Positions 39,899 through 52,345 of a stretch of DNA of 64,000 bases are shown one piece after another. The stretch is from Azolla caroliniana. Lineage: Eukaryota; Plantae; Polypodiophyta. The stretch is from contig JBHGNT010000005.1 of the NCBI GenBank assembly GCA_043228905.1, positions 8,742,001 through 8,806,000 of the forward strand, read 5' to 3'. Below the pieces are notes generated by a model that was given only the letters and a program-made list of their open reading frames with translations, did not search any database and was not told the origin of the DNA. The number at the start of each line of letters is the position of its first letter. Positions within the stretch are counted from its first letter, which is position 1. The translations under genes and the position numbers were made by a program.

Positions 39899-40235
39899 TA
39901 AAAACACTATAAAAGGAGGCACAAGGCATTGTTTTGAACCAAATTGGTTCAACGCCAGTCTTAAGCCTCTTAGCCGCTTGTACTTATCTTTTCACATAAT
40001 ATATAACCGATGTCATCATCTCTCTCTCTCTCATTCTCGCTATCTCTCTCTCTCTCCTCTTCTCACTTCCTCTCTCGGGAATCTTACGCAGTCCCGTCCT
40101 CTTAGTACTAATAGTACTGCTGTTCTTAGTACTAAATCCATCTCTGTTTTAGTACTATTCCTGACAGTTTGAACCAATTTTTTCCTCTAGCCTACTTGTC
40201 ACTCTCCCTCATCCTCCTACCCTTTTCCCTATACT

Positions 40236-41393
40236 ATGGCTACTGTTAGCGCCCAAGAATACCAATCCGTTTTCTCCGAGCTACAGTGCCTAAAAGAAAA
40301 GTTTGTTGCCCTGGAACAAGAAAACCAACGGCTGATAGGGGATCTGCAACAAATCGCTCTGGAAAAACAACAAACGCAACAACAACATGGGGAGTTAGCG
40401 TTACGGGTATAACAACTCGAAGCAGCGTTGCAACAACAAGGATCCAGTCCCCAAGGATTTCATAAAGAGCCCAAGATTGGACTTCCTGTGAAATTTGATG
40501 GAACGCGTTCGCAATTCCGGGGATTCCTTAATCAGGTACGCTTAGTCATCCAGATGCATCCTTCCCGATATCCCACTGATGCATCTCGAGTCGGCCTAAT
40601 AGGCACGCTACTTAGCGGCTCAGCCTTGGCATGGTTTGCTCCGCTTCTAGAAAAACAATCACCCTTACTTAATAACTTTGAAGATTTTATTGGTGAGTTT
40701 AAAGCCTGCTTTGGAGACACCGACAGCATCAGGACGGCGATCAACAAGATCCGGCGATTGCGTCAAGGCGATCGTCCAGCCTCTACCTACGCGGCGGATT
40801 TCCGCCTACTTGCTTCAGATATACCCTGGGATGATCAAGCACTAATGGAGCAGTTTCGCTATGGCTTGCGAAACGATGTCAAAGATCTACTTCTAACTTT
40901 CCCCGAAGAACCAAAGTCTCTTACGGAGGCAATCAGTCGAGCAGTTCGATGTGACAACCGCCTTTTTGAACGGCGTTCAGAACGTCAATTATAGATACCA
41001 CGCTCTAGGCCAGAGCCCACTTACGCCGCAGTCGCGGCTAAACCGTTTGCACGAGACATACCTCAAGCAAATACTTCGACACCGATGGAGATCGATACCA
41101 TGCGTCGACGCGACCCGTTATCGGAAGAAGAAAAGCAACGACGACGTGCCAATCGATTATGTCTTTATTGCGGTGGACCAGGACATATCGCCATCAATTG
41201 TCCCCATAGGCCAAGAAGACAGGTAAATCAAATCGTCGCCTGTACTAAACCCGAGTCAATTCTTCCCTTCGGAGTGTCTGATAGTATTAATAGTACTAAT
41301 AGAGTGTCAGATAGTATTCATAGTACTAATAGCCCAAGTATCTCAAATAAATTTGAAATCCTTAGTCAATTAGATGAAGAGTTAAACGATTGA
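40236..41393 (+). pseudogene. gag: A2 gag with two premature stops
   Basis: MATVSAQEYQ start, CCHC knuckle, ends EELND*. Confidence 0.92.
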
Positions 41394-41425
41394 GTCCAGC
41401 CAAAATAGGAGCCATTTGGTTGGAC
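41381..41425 (+). promoter_or_regulatory. Predicted -1 ribosomal frameshift signal (copy in A1 at 5024-5068, minus)
   Basis: G TTA AAC in gag frame, 6-nt spacer, 11-bp stem; pol lies in the -1 frame. Confidence 0.7.
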
Positions 41426-44400
41426 AGCAGCCCTAGATCTGTACAGCCCATTAGTGGTTCCATTCCTTCCAAGCAAGTTAGCAATGTGTTCCTAGCCCAA
41501 GTCATTGTTAGTACTAAAAGTACTCCCCCAGTACCCGTCCTAGCACTTTTAGATTCCGGAGCTAATTCCTATTTCATGGATCGAAATTTTTCCCAAGCTT
41601 CTCAGATATCCTTAAGAAAACTTCCTTGTCCCGCATCTGTAGTGGTCATTGATGGTCGTCCCATTGCTTCCGGGAATATTGTAGAAGAATCAGAACCCAT
41701 TCAAGTTGTCCTAGGTAGTTTTGTGTGTATAATATCATTTAATATAATTAGTAGTCCAGAGCATCCCATTGTCCTAGGATTACCTTGGCTTGAATTACAT
41801 AATCCAACCATAGATTGGAGAACAAGAGAAGTCCGATATCGACCACCCCAAGAATCAACTCACCGAGTTTCGACCATTTCACTCCATCAACTACGCGAAG
41901 AAGGACCCAAGGAGGCAATGTTCCTATTTGCCATATCAGTACATCCTTAGATAGCACTATTAAGAAGGACTCCTCAATACAACTTCCGGCAAAATATCAT
42001 CCTTATGCCGATGTATTTGACAAGGTAAAAGCCGGTACCCTTCCTCATCACCGTCCCTATGACTGTCCCATCGATTTACAACCAGGAACCGAGCCACCAT
42101 GGGGACCAATTTACAACTTGTCACCCACCGAGTTAGAAGTCCTTCGAGCCTACATAGAGGAGAACTTGGCAAGCGGGTTCATCCGTCATTCGAAATCTCC
42201 GGCCGGTGCACCCATCTTCTTTGTCAAGAAGAAAGATGGCTCACTTCGTCTTGTCGTTGATTACCGCGGATTGAATAAAGTCACCATCCGGAATAGGTAT
42301 GCACTTCCTCTTATATCAATTCTTTTAGAGCGAGTTAATGGTGCCAAGTTTTTTACTAAAATCGACCTACGAGGAGCGTATAATCTCGTGCGGATCCGAC
42401 CGGGAGATGAGTGGAAGACCGCTTTTCGCACGCGGTATGGGCATTTCGAGTATACTGTTATGCCGTTTGGCCTAACCAATGCACCCACAGTCTTCCAACA
42501 CATGGCAAATGATATATTCAGAGACCTCTTGGATATCTGTTTGATCATTTATCTGGATGATTTGTTGATTTATTTGAAGACCCAGGAAGGGCACGATTCT
42601 CATGTACTATTAGTACTAAAGCGACTCCGCGAGAATGGTCTTTATGCCAAGCTAGAGAAATGTAGGTTTGACTGCAAGCAAGTGGAATTTCTAGGCTACG
42701 TCATCTCCTCAAAGGGCATCGCCATGGATCCAGCTAAAATCCAAACTGTACTAGAGTGGCAAATTCCACGGTCGGTACGAGATGTACAATGTTTTCTAGG
42801 CTTTGCTAACTTCTATCGTAAGTTTATACAGGATTACTCGAAGATTATTTTACCTCTCACACAACTTACGAAGAAGGGCCAAGCATTTCTTTGGTCCATC
42901 GAAGCAGATATGGCTTTTCGGCATCTTAAGAAAGCCTTTACATCAGCACCGATTCTAGCTCATGTGGATACAAGCAAACCATTCATCATGGAGGCCGACG
43001 CATCAGATTTCGCCCTCGGTAGCATCCTTTCTCAACAAGGCGATAAAGAAGAGTTGCATCCGGTGGCTTTCCATTCGCGCAAATTCAATGTCGCCGAAAT
43101 CAACTACGAAATACATGACAAGGAGTTATTAGCCATCGTGGATTCATTTGTACAATGGCGGCATTTCTTAGAGGGCTCTCCACATCAGGTCATTGTCTTT
43201 AGCGATCATAAAAATCTTGCTTATTTTCAGAACGCTCGCGTACTAAATCGACGACAAGCTCGGTGGGCGCAATTCCTCACGCGTTTCAACTTCGAAATCA
43301 CATATCGACCGGGGAAGCAGCAAGGAAAAGCAGATGCACTATCACGGCGTTCATATCTTGCACCTCGTCCTGGTGACGCAACATTTGATAATCAAAAGCA
43401 AGTAATCTTGGGACCAACACGATTGCACACGACGCGGATTTTTCACACCCCGATGGATTCACGGATTACCGATGACATACGTGCAACCTTGAAGACGGAT
43501 AGTTTTGCTCAAGACATCCTGGCGCACATTGATACTTCTCGGGCATCCTGTTCTCAGTCTCAACAACCAGGTATTGACTACCGACAATTCGAATATCATG
43601 ATGGTTTGTTATTCTTTAAAAAGCGCGTATATGTCCCCGATTGCTCTTGTCGCCTTCAAATCGTCCAACATTGTCACGACACCCATACGGCGGGACATTT
43701 CGGTAGTACCAAGACGTTGGAGTTAGTGCAGCGATCTTTTGGCCCCACATGCGCCGTTTTGTCGACGACTACGTTCGGACCTGTGATGCTTGCTGCCGAG
43801 CAAAGATGCCACGACACCATCCATATGGCTTGTTGGAACCTTTACCAATTCCAAGTAAGCCATGGCAGTCTATTTGTCTTGATTTTATCACAGATTTGCC
43901 GGTCTCGAAGGGGTTCGATGCTATCCTAACCGTCGTCGATCGATATACGAAGATGGCACATTTTGTGCCATGTACTAAAGCCATCACTAGCGAGGAAACC
44001 GCCGCTCTTGTTATGCGTGAGGTATTTCGGCATCATGGCCTACCAGACAGTATTATCAGTGACCGAGGCCCGCAATTTGTCTCCAAATTTTGGCAGCATC
44101 TCTTCAGGATGCTCAAGGTCTCCTGCAACCTCTCCTCCGGCTACCATCCTCAAACTGACGGACAGGCAGAACGAACAAACCAAACGTTGGAGCAATATCT
44201 CCGGTGTTTCCTGAGTTATCAACAGGACGATTGGGCTGAGATTCTCCACTTTGCGGAGTTTGCGTATAATAATGCTATTCACTCCTCGACTCGGGTCTCC
44301 CCATTTCTCGCTTATACCGGTTTCCATCCTCGCTGGTCGGTGATCGACACTCCGGAGCTACCTACCAACCCTCGTGCCGAGGACCATTTGGAGAGGCTAC

Positions 44401-44960
44401 GCAAGATCCAGATGGATCTCTCTACTCACCTTCGTCATGCTCAACACACACAGAAGACTTATGCGGATCGTCATCGGATTCCCTCCTCTTTTGCCATCGG
44501 AGATCGAGTATGGCTCTTACGTCGTCACATCAAGACTACTCGACCGTGCGACAAGTTGGATTATCGACGACTCGGTCCTTTCCGTATTACGGGGAAGATT
44601 AATGATGTCACCTTCCGCCTGGATCTCCCTCCGCAGCTTCAGATACATCCAGTTTTCCATTGTTCTCTTCTTGAACCTTATAAAGCAAACACCATTCCCG
44701 ATCGTGTGACACCACCGCCGCCCCCGCTGGAGTTGGACGCCGGCCCGGAGTATGAAGTTGCTGCCATCCTCGATTCCAAACTTGTTCGCAACAAACTTTA
44801 TTACTTGGTCGATTGGCTCGGTTATAGTCCGAGCGAACGTACTTGGGAACCCGTCGAGAATGTTGCCAATGCACAAGATCTTCTTGCTGATTTCCACCGA
44901 AAGTATCCGGACAAACCCGGTCCGCAATTAGCGCCGACTCGTTCCACTCGTCGTCTTTAA
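41390..44960 (+). pseudogene. pol: A2 pol (PR-RT-RH-IN-chromodomain), one stop at 41948 and one frameshift near 43740
   Basis: LLDSGA, YLDD, DASD, SDRGPQF, GPF, chromodomain EYEVAAILD..YLVDWLGY..TWEP. Confidence 0.95.
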
Positions 44961-45417
44961 GGGGGAGATAGTGTCATGGCAAGACTCGAACCCATGACTT
45001 TATGCTACATGGGTCGAGCTCTTACCATTAGATTATGAATTGTATTTTGTTGGATATTATTTTCATTTATACTTTATCATAGAAAATTGATGTATATTCC
45101 AGATCTCTCTGGAACATTCTAGAAGCTTCAGGATTATTCCTAAAAACACTATAAAAGGAGGCACAAGGCATTGTTTTGAACCAAATTGGTTCAACGCCAG
45201 TCTTAAGCCTCTTAACCGCTTGTACTTATCTTTTCACATAATATATAACCGCTGTCATCATCTCTCTCTCTCTCATTCTCGCTATCTCTCTCTCTCTCCT
45301 CTTCTCACTTCCTCTCTCGGGAATCTTACGCAGTCCCGTCCTCTTAGTACTAATAGTACTGCTGTTCTTAGTACTAAATCCATCTCTGTTTTAGTACTAT
45401 TCCTGACAGGGGGAGAG

Positions 45418-45715
45418 TGTTGGGAATTAGGTCCCTCTAGATCAGATCCATATCAGAATCGGACAAGCTGGGTCAAATGAGTTGAAGGAAAGAACCGGAC
45501 CGGATGGATCCGGAAGATACCCGGAAACCGGATCGGATGGATTTGGTTGGTATCCGGCCAGATTTTAGTTTATGTATAGTTTCTTATTTGACTGCTTTAG
45601 GTCATATTTGTAAATAACCCCAAAGTTATATAAGTATAAATATAACTAGGGCAATATTGTTTTGGTATCATGATGATCTATCATAGGTTTGTCACTTCTT
45701 GTTGTATAGAGATAG

Positions 45716-45750
<35 letters not shown>

Positions 45751-46020
45751 TACAGAAAGACATTTCTATTTGTAACCGCAGTGTGGCGAAGATATAGAGC
45801 TCAAGGTCGTTGCGTCTGAGACTCTTATTGTAATACCTCTTGTCTATAGTGATCCTATTCGGAGTTTTGGGAACTCTGGTGGTTTTTCTCTATTAGGGTT
45901 TCCACGCTAATATCCTGTGTCGTTTTGTTTTGACTGTGTAAGTGCATTCATCCTTATTTTATTTCTATTTCTTCCATTGAGTGATTAAGACTTGGTTGTG
46001 GCCAAGCACTATTTGCAACA
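45418..46020 (+). repeat. 3' LTR of Copia K
   Basis: Follows the split PPT; TG..CA ends; matches the fragment at 12204. Confidence 0.85.
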
Positions 46021-47247
46021 TCTTCTCACGGGTGGAGTGTCAGAGTTTTTCATTTGCTGATGTGAGTGCTTTCTTAACTCCGGATGACCTCATAAGAGGC
46101 ACATCAAAGTCATCAAGCTCATTGTCGAGTGAGTGAGCCAACTCATTGCCGTCGAATTGATTGTCTTCATATTCCCGCATTTTGGCCTTACCTTTGTCCA
46201 TCTTCGGACTTGGCCAAGATGTGCTCTAGTTGCTTGGGGGCTCGTGTGGCCCACTGAGCATGGTCGTGATTGGACTTTCTTCGAACATTTGTCTCAATTG
46301 ATCTTCGTCTTCTATCTCTTAGTTGGCCAAGTTTAGGTCGACTGAACATGATTCGGGAGGAGTTGGCTCCAGTTCATACCATGATGTTGATTCGTCAAAG
46401 ACGACTACCCGACTTACATGAACCTTTCGAGTAGAGGGGTTGAAGCACTTGTACCCCTTTTGCTCCTGTGAGTATCCTACAAGGATACACTTCTCCGACT
46501 TGGGATCTAGTTTTTGCAGCTTCTCGTCGGGAATGTGCACATATGCAAGTGAACCAAATATCCTTACATGGGATAGATCTTGTTTCCTTCCATAGTACTT
46601 CTTGCATGGGGTTACATCGTGCACTCCAAATGTTGTGCACCAATTCATGAGGTAGATGGCAATATTTGCAGCTTCTACCCAATAGGACTTGGGCATATGC
46701 TTCTCATTTAGCATGGCCCTTGCTACTTAGAAGATATGCCGATTCTTGTGTTTGGCTACACCATTCTATTGTGGTGTGTGTCAGCAAGTGAATTCTCGTT
46801 GAATTCCTTCTTGTCGAAGGTATGTCGTGAATGCTTTATAGAAGTATTTGTGAAAGTGTTTTTAGAATCTAAGTCATTGAACATTAGAAGAATATAAAGT
46901 ATGGATAATTCACATTTGGAGGCTAAGAACACGAACCAACACCTTAGGAAGAAGTCAAAAGTACAAGTAAGAGACCAAGAGAAAAGTAAAAAGAGAAAAT
47001 GCAGACCATAAAAAACAGTAAAAAAGGAATGGTCATAACTCCTTCATTCTTCAACCAAATATTATGTTTAAATATGGGTTAGAAAGCTTGTAAACAGAGC
47101 TATCTATAGCGTTTTAAATCACTAAATCAAGATTAGAAGATCGTTGGGCCTTAGTTATAGGAGATAAAAAACTTCTAAAAATAGCGTGAACGAGGAAGAA
47201 AAAGAAAATTATAATAGAGAAAGGATTCTAATAAGAGGAGTCTTAAG

Positions 47248-47511
47248 TGTTGCAAAACAATGCTCGGCCACAACCGAGGAATAGGATCATCTCTCAGAAA
47301 ACAGGAAATACAAAATGTACGAAGACAATGGAGAGAAGAGTACACAGGATGTTTTACGTGGAAAACCCTAGATGGGAAAAACCACGGGAGTCCTCAAACT
47401 CCAACTATCACTATAAACAGAGATGTACAATGGTGAAGCTACAAGGCAACAACCTTGAGCTCACTGTCTTCGCCACAGGCGGCGGTAATACACAGAGGCA
47501 ACGACCTCTTC

Positions 47512-47544
<33 letters not shown>

Positions 47545-50500
47545 CTGCTCTCTTCACTCTCTCTAATGAAAACAGAAAATGAGCAACAACAGTTACAAAC
47601 TGCTTGCCCTAAGTCATATTTATACACATATGACTTTCGGGCTATTTACAAATATAGCCTCAAGGGCCCTTGGCAAACATATTCACAAATATGTCCCCGC
47701 ATCCGGATCTCTCTCCGGGTACATTCGTCATCCGGCCGTAACCGGGGTCTTCATCATCCGGCTCCGTAGCCGGGGTCTTCATCATCCGGCTCCGTAGCCG
47801 GGGTCTTCATCATCTGGTTCCGTAACCGGGTCTTCATCATCCGGTTCCGTAACCGGGTCTTCTCATTCGGGTCTTCATTCCCGATTCCCGGACATCTGAC
47901 TATCCAATCCGGAGGGACCGTAATCCCAACAAACTCCCCCTTCACTTCGGCATGGGATGTCTTTCCAGTCCGACCCTCTTCCGGCACGCTTCCAGCTTGT
48001 CGGGTGTGAGCACTTTGGTCAGCATATCTGACCCGTTCTCGTCCGTGTGGATCTTCGTCAGCACGAACTCCTGGTCTTCTATCCTTTCCCGGATCCAGTG
48101 ATATCTTCGCTGGATGTGCTTCGTCCGGGAGTGATAGGCCGCGTTCTTCGCAAGGTGGATGGCACTCTGACTGTCGCAGTAGAGTCGGTACTCCTCCTGC
48201 CGGATACCGAGCTCTCTAATGAAGTCCTTCATCCATATTATTTCCTTGCCGGCTTCGACAGCCGCCATGTACTCCGCCTCCGTGGTTGACAACGCAACCG
48301 TCTTCTGCAGCCTCGACTGCCACGAAACAGCTCCCCCTGCATACGTCATCACATACCCTGATGTGGACCGGCTGGTATCCGCATCAGCCGACATGTCCGA
48401 ATCGGTAAATCCATCGAGTTCGGGCTTACCGGAGCCGAATCGGAGGCACATGTTCGAAGTGCCCTTTAGGTATCGGAGTATCCATTTGACCGCGTTCCAG
48501 TGCTCTTTGCCGGGATTGCTCATGTACCGGCTCACCACTCCGACGGCATACCCTATGTCCGGTCTTGTACACACCATTGCGTACATCAAGCTTCCAACGG
48601 CAGAGGCATATGGCACTTTCATCATGTCCTCCTTCTCAGCCTTTGTCTTGGGGCTTTGCTTGCTGGACAACTTGCAGTTTGCCGGGAGGGTTGACCCGAC
48701 CGGTCTTGCTTCCGACATGTTGAACCGGTGAAGCACCTTTGTCACGTACTTCTCCTGTGACACCCACAACTGCTTCTTCTTCCGGTCCCGGATGATGTGC
48801 ATCCCTAGTATTTGCCTCGCCGGACCCAGGTCCTTCATTGAGAAGGTTCGGTGAAGCGCTTTCTTCAGCATCCGTATCTTGACCTGGTCCCGTCCGACGA
48901 TCAACATGTCGTCCACGTACAGGAGGAGTATTAGAAAGTCTCCTCCTTCGAACTTCTTCACAAACACGCAGTGATCGGACTGCGTTTTGTGGTACCCTTC
49001 GTCGGTCATGAAGGAGTCGAACTTCCGGTACCACTGCCGGGGAGCCTGCTTCAGTCCGTAAAGGCTCTTCTTCAACCGGCATACCAGGTGCTCCTTCCCT
49101 TTCTTCTCGAATCCTTCCGGTTGCTGCATGTAGATCTCTTCTTCGAGGTCACCGTGAAGGAATGCCGTCTTCACGTCCATCTGTTCTACCTCAAGGTCCA
49201 TGCTTGCCGCTATGCTCAGCACCGTTCGGATGGAGGTCATCTTCACTACCAGGGCAAATATCTCGTCGAAGTCGATGCCCTTCTTCTGCTGAAACCCCTT
49301 CACCACGATCCTGGCTTTGTATCTCGGGGGGTTGCCGGCATCTCCCGGTTTCAGCTTGAACACCCACTTGTTTCGAAGTGCCAGCTTTCCTTTAGGCAAC
49401 TCCACAAGTTCATATGTGTGGTTCTCATGCAGGGAATCCATCTCCTCCTGCATGGCACTTAACCACCTGCGGCTATGGGTGTCAAGCTTTGCTTCTTCAA
49501 AACTCTCCGGCTCCCCCTCGTCGGTTAGCAGCACGTGCTCTAGTTCCGGAAATCTCCGGGGGGCCCTTCTCTCTCTTAGAGGATATCTCCGTTTCGGAGC
49601 TTCGGTAACCGGCTCCTCCGTTTCCTCTTCATCTGAATCCATTTCGGGATCGGGGCCGGTTCCGATATCAGTTTCATCTTCCTCGGCCGGTTCTGTTTCT
49701 TCACCGTCTTCGGCCGGATTCTCGAGTGCTGACCGGTCCCTTGCCGGTCGGGACTGCTCCTCGTAGAGTTGATCCTCACCGGACGACTTGGAGCTCTTCA
49801 TCTTCTTCTCCGACTCCCAGTCGGCGAGTGTCTTGTCCTCCATGAAGATGATATCACGACTCCGGAATATCTTTTTGTCGACCGGGTCCCATACTCGGTA
49901 GCCGAACTCGTCGTCGCCGTAACCGAGGAATATGCATGGCCGGGTCTTTGGGTCTAGCTTTCCTCTCCGGTCCTTTGCCACATGCACATATGCGAGACAC
50001 CCGAACACCTTCAGATGCCGGTAGGATACTTCCCTACCGGTCCACACTCTCTGCGGCGTGTCTCCGTCCAAAGGTACTGAGGGTGATCTGTTTATCACGT
50101 ATGTCGCCGTCGACATTGCCTCAGCCCAAAACCCCTTTGGTATATTCGCATGCACCAGCATACTCCGGACCCTCTCCATTATGGTCCGGTTCATCCTCTC
50201 GGCCAGCCCGTTCAGTTCCGGCGTCTTCGGCACAGTAAACTCGAGCCGGATTCCCTTCGAGCGACAGTACTCCTCGAACCGCCCCCGGTATTCCCCTCCG
50301 TTATCCGCTCGTATCGCTTTCAGCTCCTTGCCGGATTCCCTTTCCACTCTCGCGTGGAGTTCTTTGAAGACGGACAATACTTGGTCCTTTGTCTTCAACG
50401 GTGCCGTCCACAGCTTCCGGCTATGGTCATCTATGAATGTTACGAAGTACTGGGCTCCGCCATGTGACTTCGTTTCTACCTGACACACGTCAGTGTGCAC

Positions 50501-52310
50501 CAACTCCAATGGTGCGCTACGTCTCGTCGGTGGCCTTGAGTGGAAGGAGGTCCGGTTTTGCTTACCGGCCAGACAGTCGGTACACTTCCCCAAGTGTACA
50601 TGCTTTACCGGTATCAGGTTGTCTTCGGCAAGCCTCTTCATCCCCTTCTCGCTCATGTGGCACAGTCTCTTGTGCCATAACTCACCGGCAGTGTCAGCTG
50701 CCACGTTCAGCTCCTCCGGACATAGTCGGGAATTCATCAGGTACAGTGTGTTGATCTTCCGGGCCCGAGCCACTATCAGGCTCCCTTTGCTGAACTTCAT
50801 GACACCGTTCCGGATGCTACCCGTGTAGCCTTCATCGTCTAGCCTCCCGGCCGAAATCAGGTTCAATCGAACCTCCAGAACGTGTCGAACATCCTTCAGC
50901 AGCATCTTGCATCCGGTTGATGTCATCAGCCACACGTCTCCTATGCCGGCAATCCGACATGTACCTTCATTTCCCATCCGGACACAGCCGTGCTCACCGG
51001 CTGTGTAGGATGAGAAGTATTTCTTCTCCGGGGTCAGGTGGAACGACGCTCCGGAATCGACCACCCAGGTCATCTCTTCACCGGCAAGGTTCAGCTCCCT
51101 CTCTTCGGTAATGAGCATTATCTCTTCTTCACTTGCCGCGAGTGCCGTCGTTCCTTTCTGGTCCTGCCCTCGCCGATCCGGACCTCTCCGGTCCGTGGCT
51201 CCCCGGTATGCACCGTTTCGCTCCGGTGACTTCTTCGAATCGGTGTCGTCGGCTCCGTTGTCTTTTCGGTAATGCCGACAATTCTTCCGGAGGTGCCCCG
51301 GCTTCCCACAGTGGAAGCATGTGGGTCTTCCTCTTGACTGCGACCGGGTCCCCGACTTCTCCCGTCTTTGCGGACTCCGGTTCCGTTGTCTTCCCCGATC
51401 CGATTCGGTAAGCAACATCTTCGGGTCGGAAACCGGTTCTTTATCTCTCCGTCGCGCTTCTTCGTTCAAAATGCTTGTCTTTACCGTTTGCAGAGACAAG
51501 TTATCTTCGGTGCAGGAGGTGCTGAGAGTCACCACCAAGTTCTCCCAGCTTTCCGGCAATGTACAGATCAGGATGATGGCTTGCATTGCATCCTCCAACG
51601 GGAACTTGATCGCCGCAAGCTGGTTCACGAATCCCATGAACGTGCTTACGTGTTCCACCATACTCTCGCCGTCGCGGTACTTGAGGTTCACTATCTTCCT
51701 CATCAGGGAGGTCCGGTTCAACGCATTCTTCCTCTCGTAGAGGCCCGACAGCTTCCGCCACATCTCGTATGCGTTGGTGTCGTTCGCCACATGTTGTAGA
51801 ACGCTCACGTCAACGTATTGCCGAATGGTTGCAACGGCTTTCCGGTTCAGAAGCCTCCATTCCGTCTCAAGTACCCCCTTGGGTATTTCCGACCTGTCGA
51901 TCGGTTCATACAGGTCCCGAACAATGAGCAGATCCTCCATCTTTATCTTCCAGTCGGCGTAGTTCTGCGCATTCAGCACCATCATCCCCGGCTGCCCGCT
52001 GCTGCCGCCTTCCATTTTCTGCACTGCCGTCGCTCTGATACCACTTTGTTGCAAAACAATGCTCGGCCACAACCGAGGAATAGGATCAACTCTCAGAAAA
52101 CAGCAAATACAAAATGTACGAAGACAATGGAGAGAAGAGTACACAGGATGTTTTACGTGGAAAACCCTAGATGGGAAAAACCACGGGAGTCCTCAAACTC
52201 CAACTATCACTATAAACAGAGATGTACAATGGTGAAGCTACAAGGCAACAACCTTGAGCTCACTGTCTTCGCCACAGGCGGCGGTAATACACAGAGGCAA
52301 CGACCTCTTC

Positions 52311-52345
<35 letters not shown>

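Larger units (their letters stand above)
39730..45408 (+). mobile_element. Ty3/Gypsy chromovirus A2 (Tcn1-like), full length and young
   Basis: Near-identical LTRs 39730-40166 and 44972-45408, TSD ggggg, PPT 44959-44971. Confidence 0.97.
12204..46020 (+). mobile_element. Degenerate Copia K with five direct insertions; truncated 5' LTR 12204-about 12360, 3' LTR 45418-46020
   Basis: Matching LTR starts tgttgggaatt; TSD tcttt/tcttc; coding segments about 12360-12493, 13377-14101, 19575-21710, 22265-23065, 39521-39723 join in gag-PR-IN-RT-RH order. Confidence 0.85.

Noticed and set aside
48047-51962. Many antisense ORFs over Copia M
   Set aside because: Shadow frames of a GC-rich coding strand.
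52016-52144. N-terminal 43 aa of the 1400-aa ORF
   Set aside because: Lies in LTR and PBS; homology with J supports the ATG at 52015.
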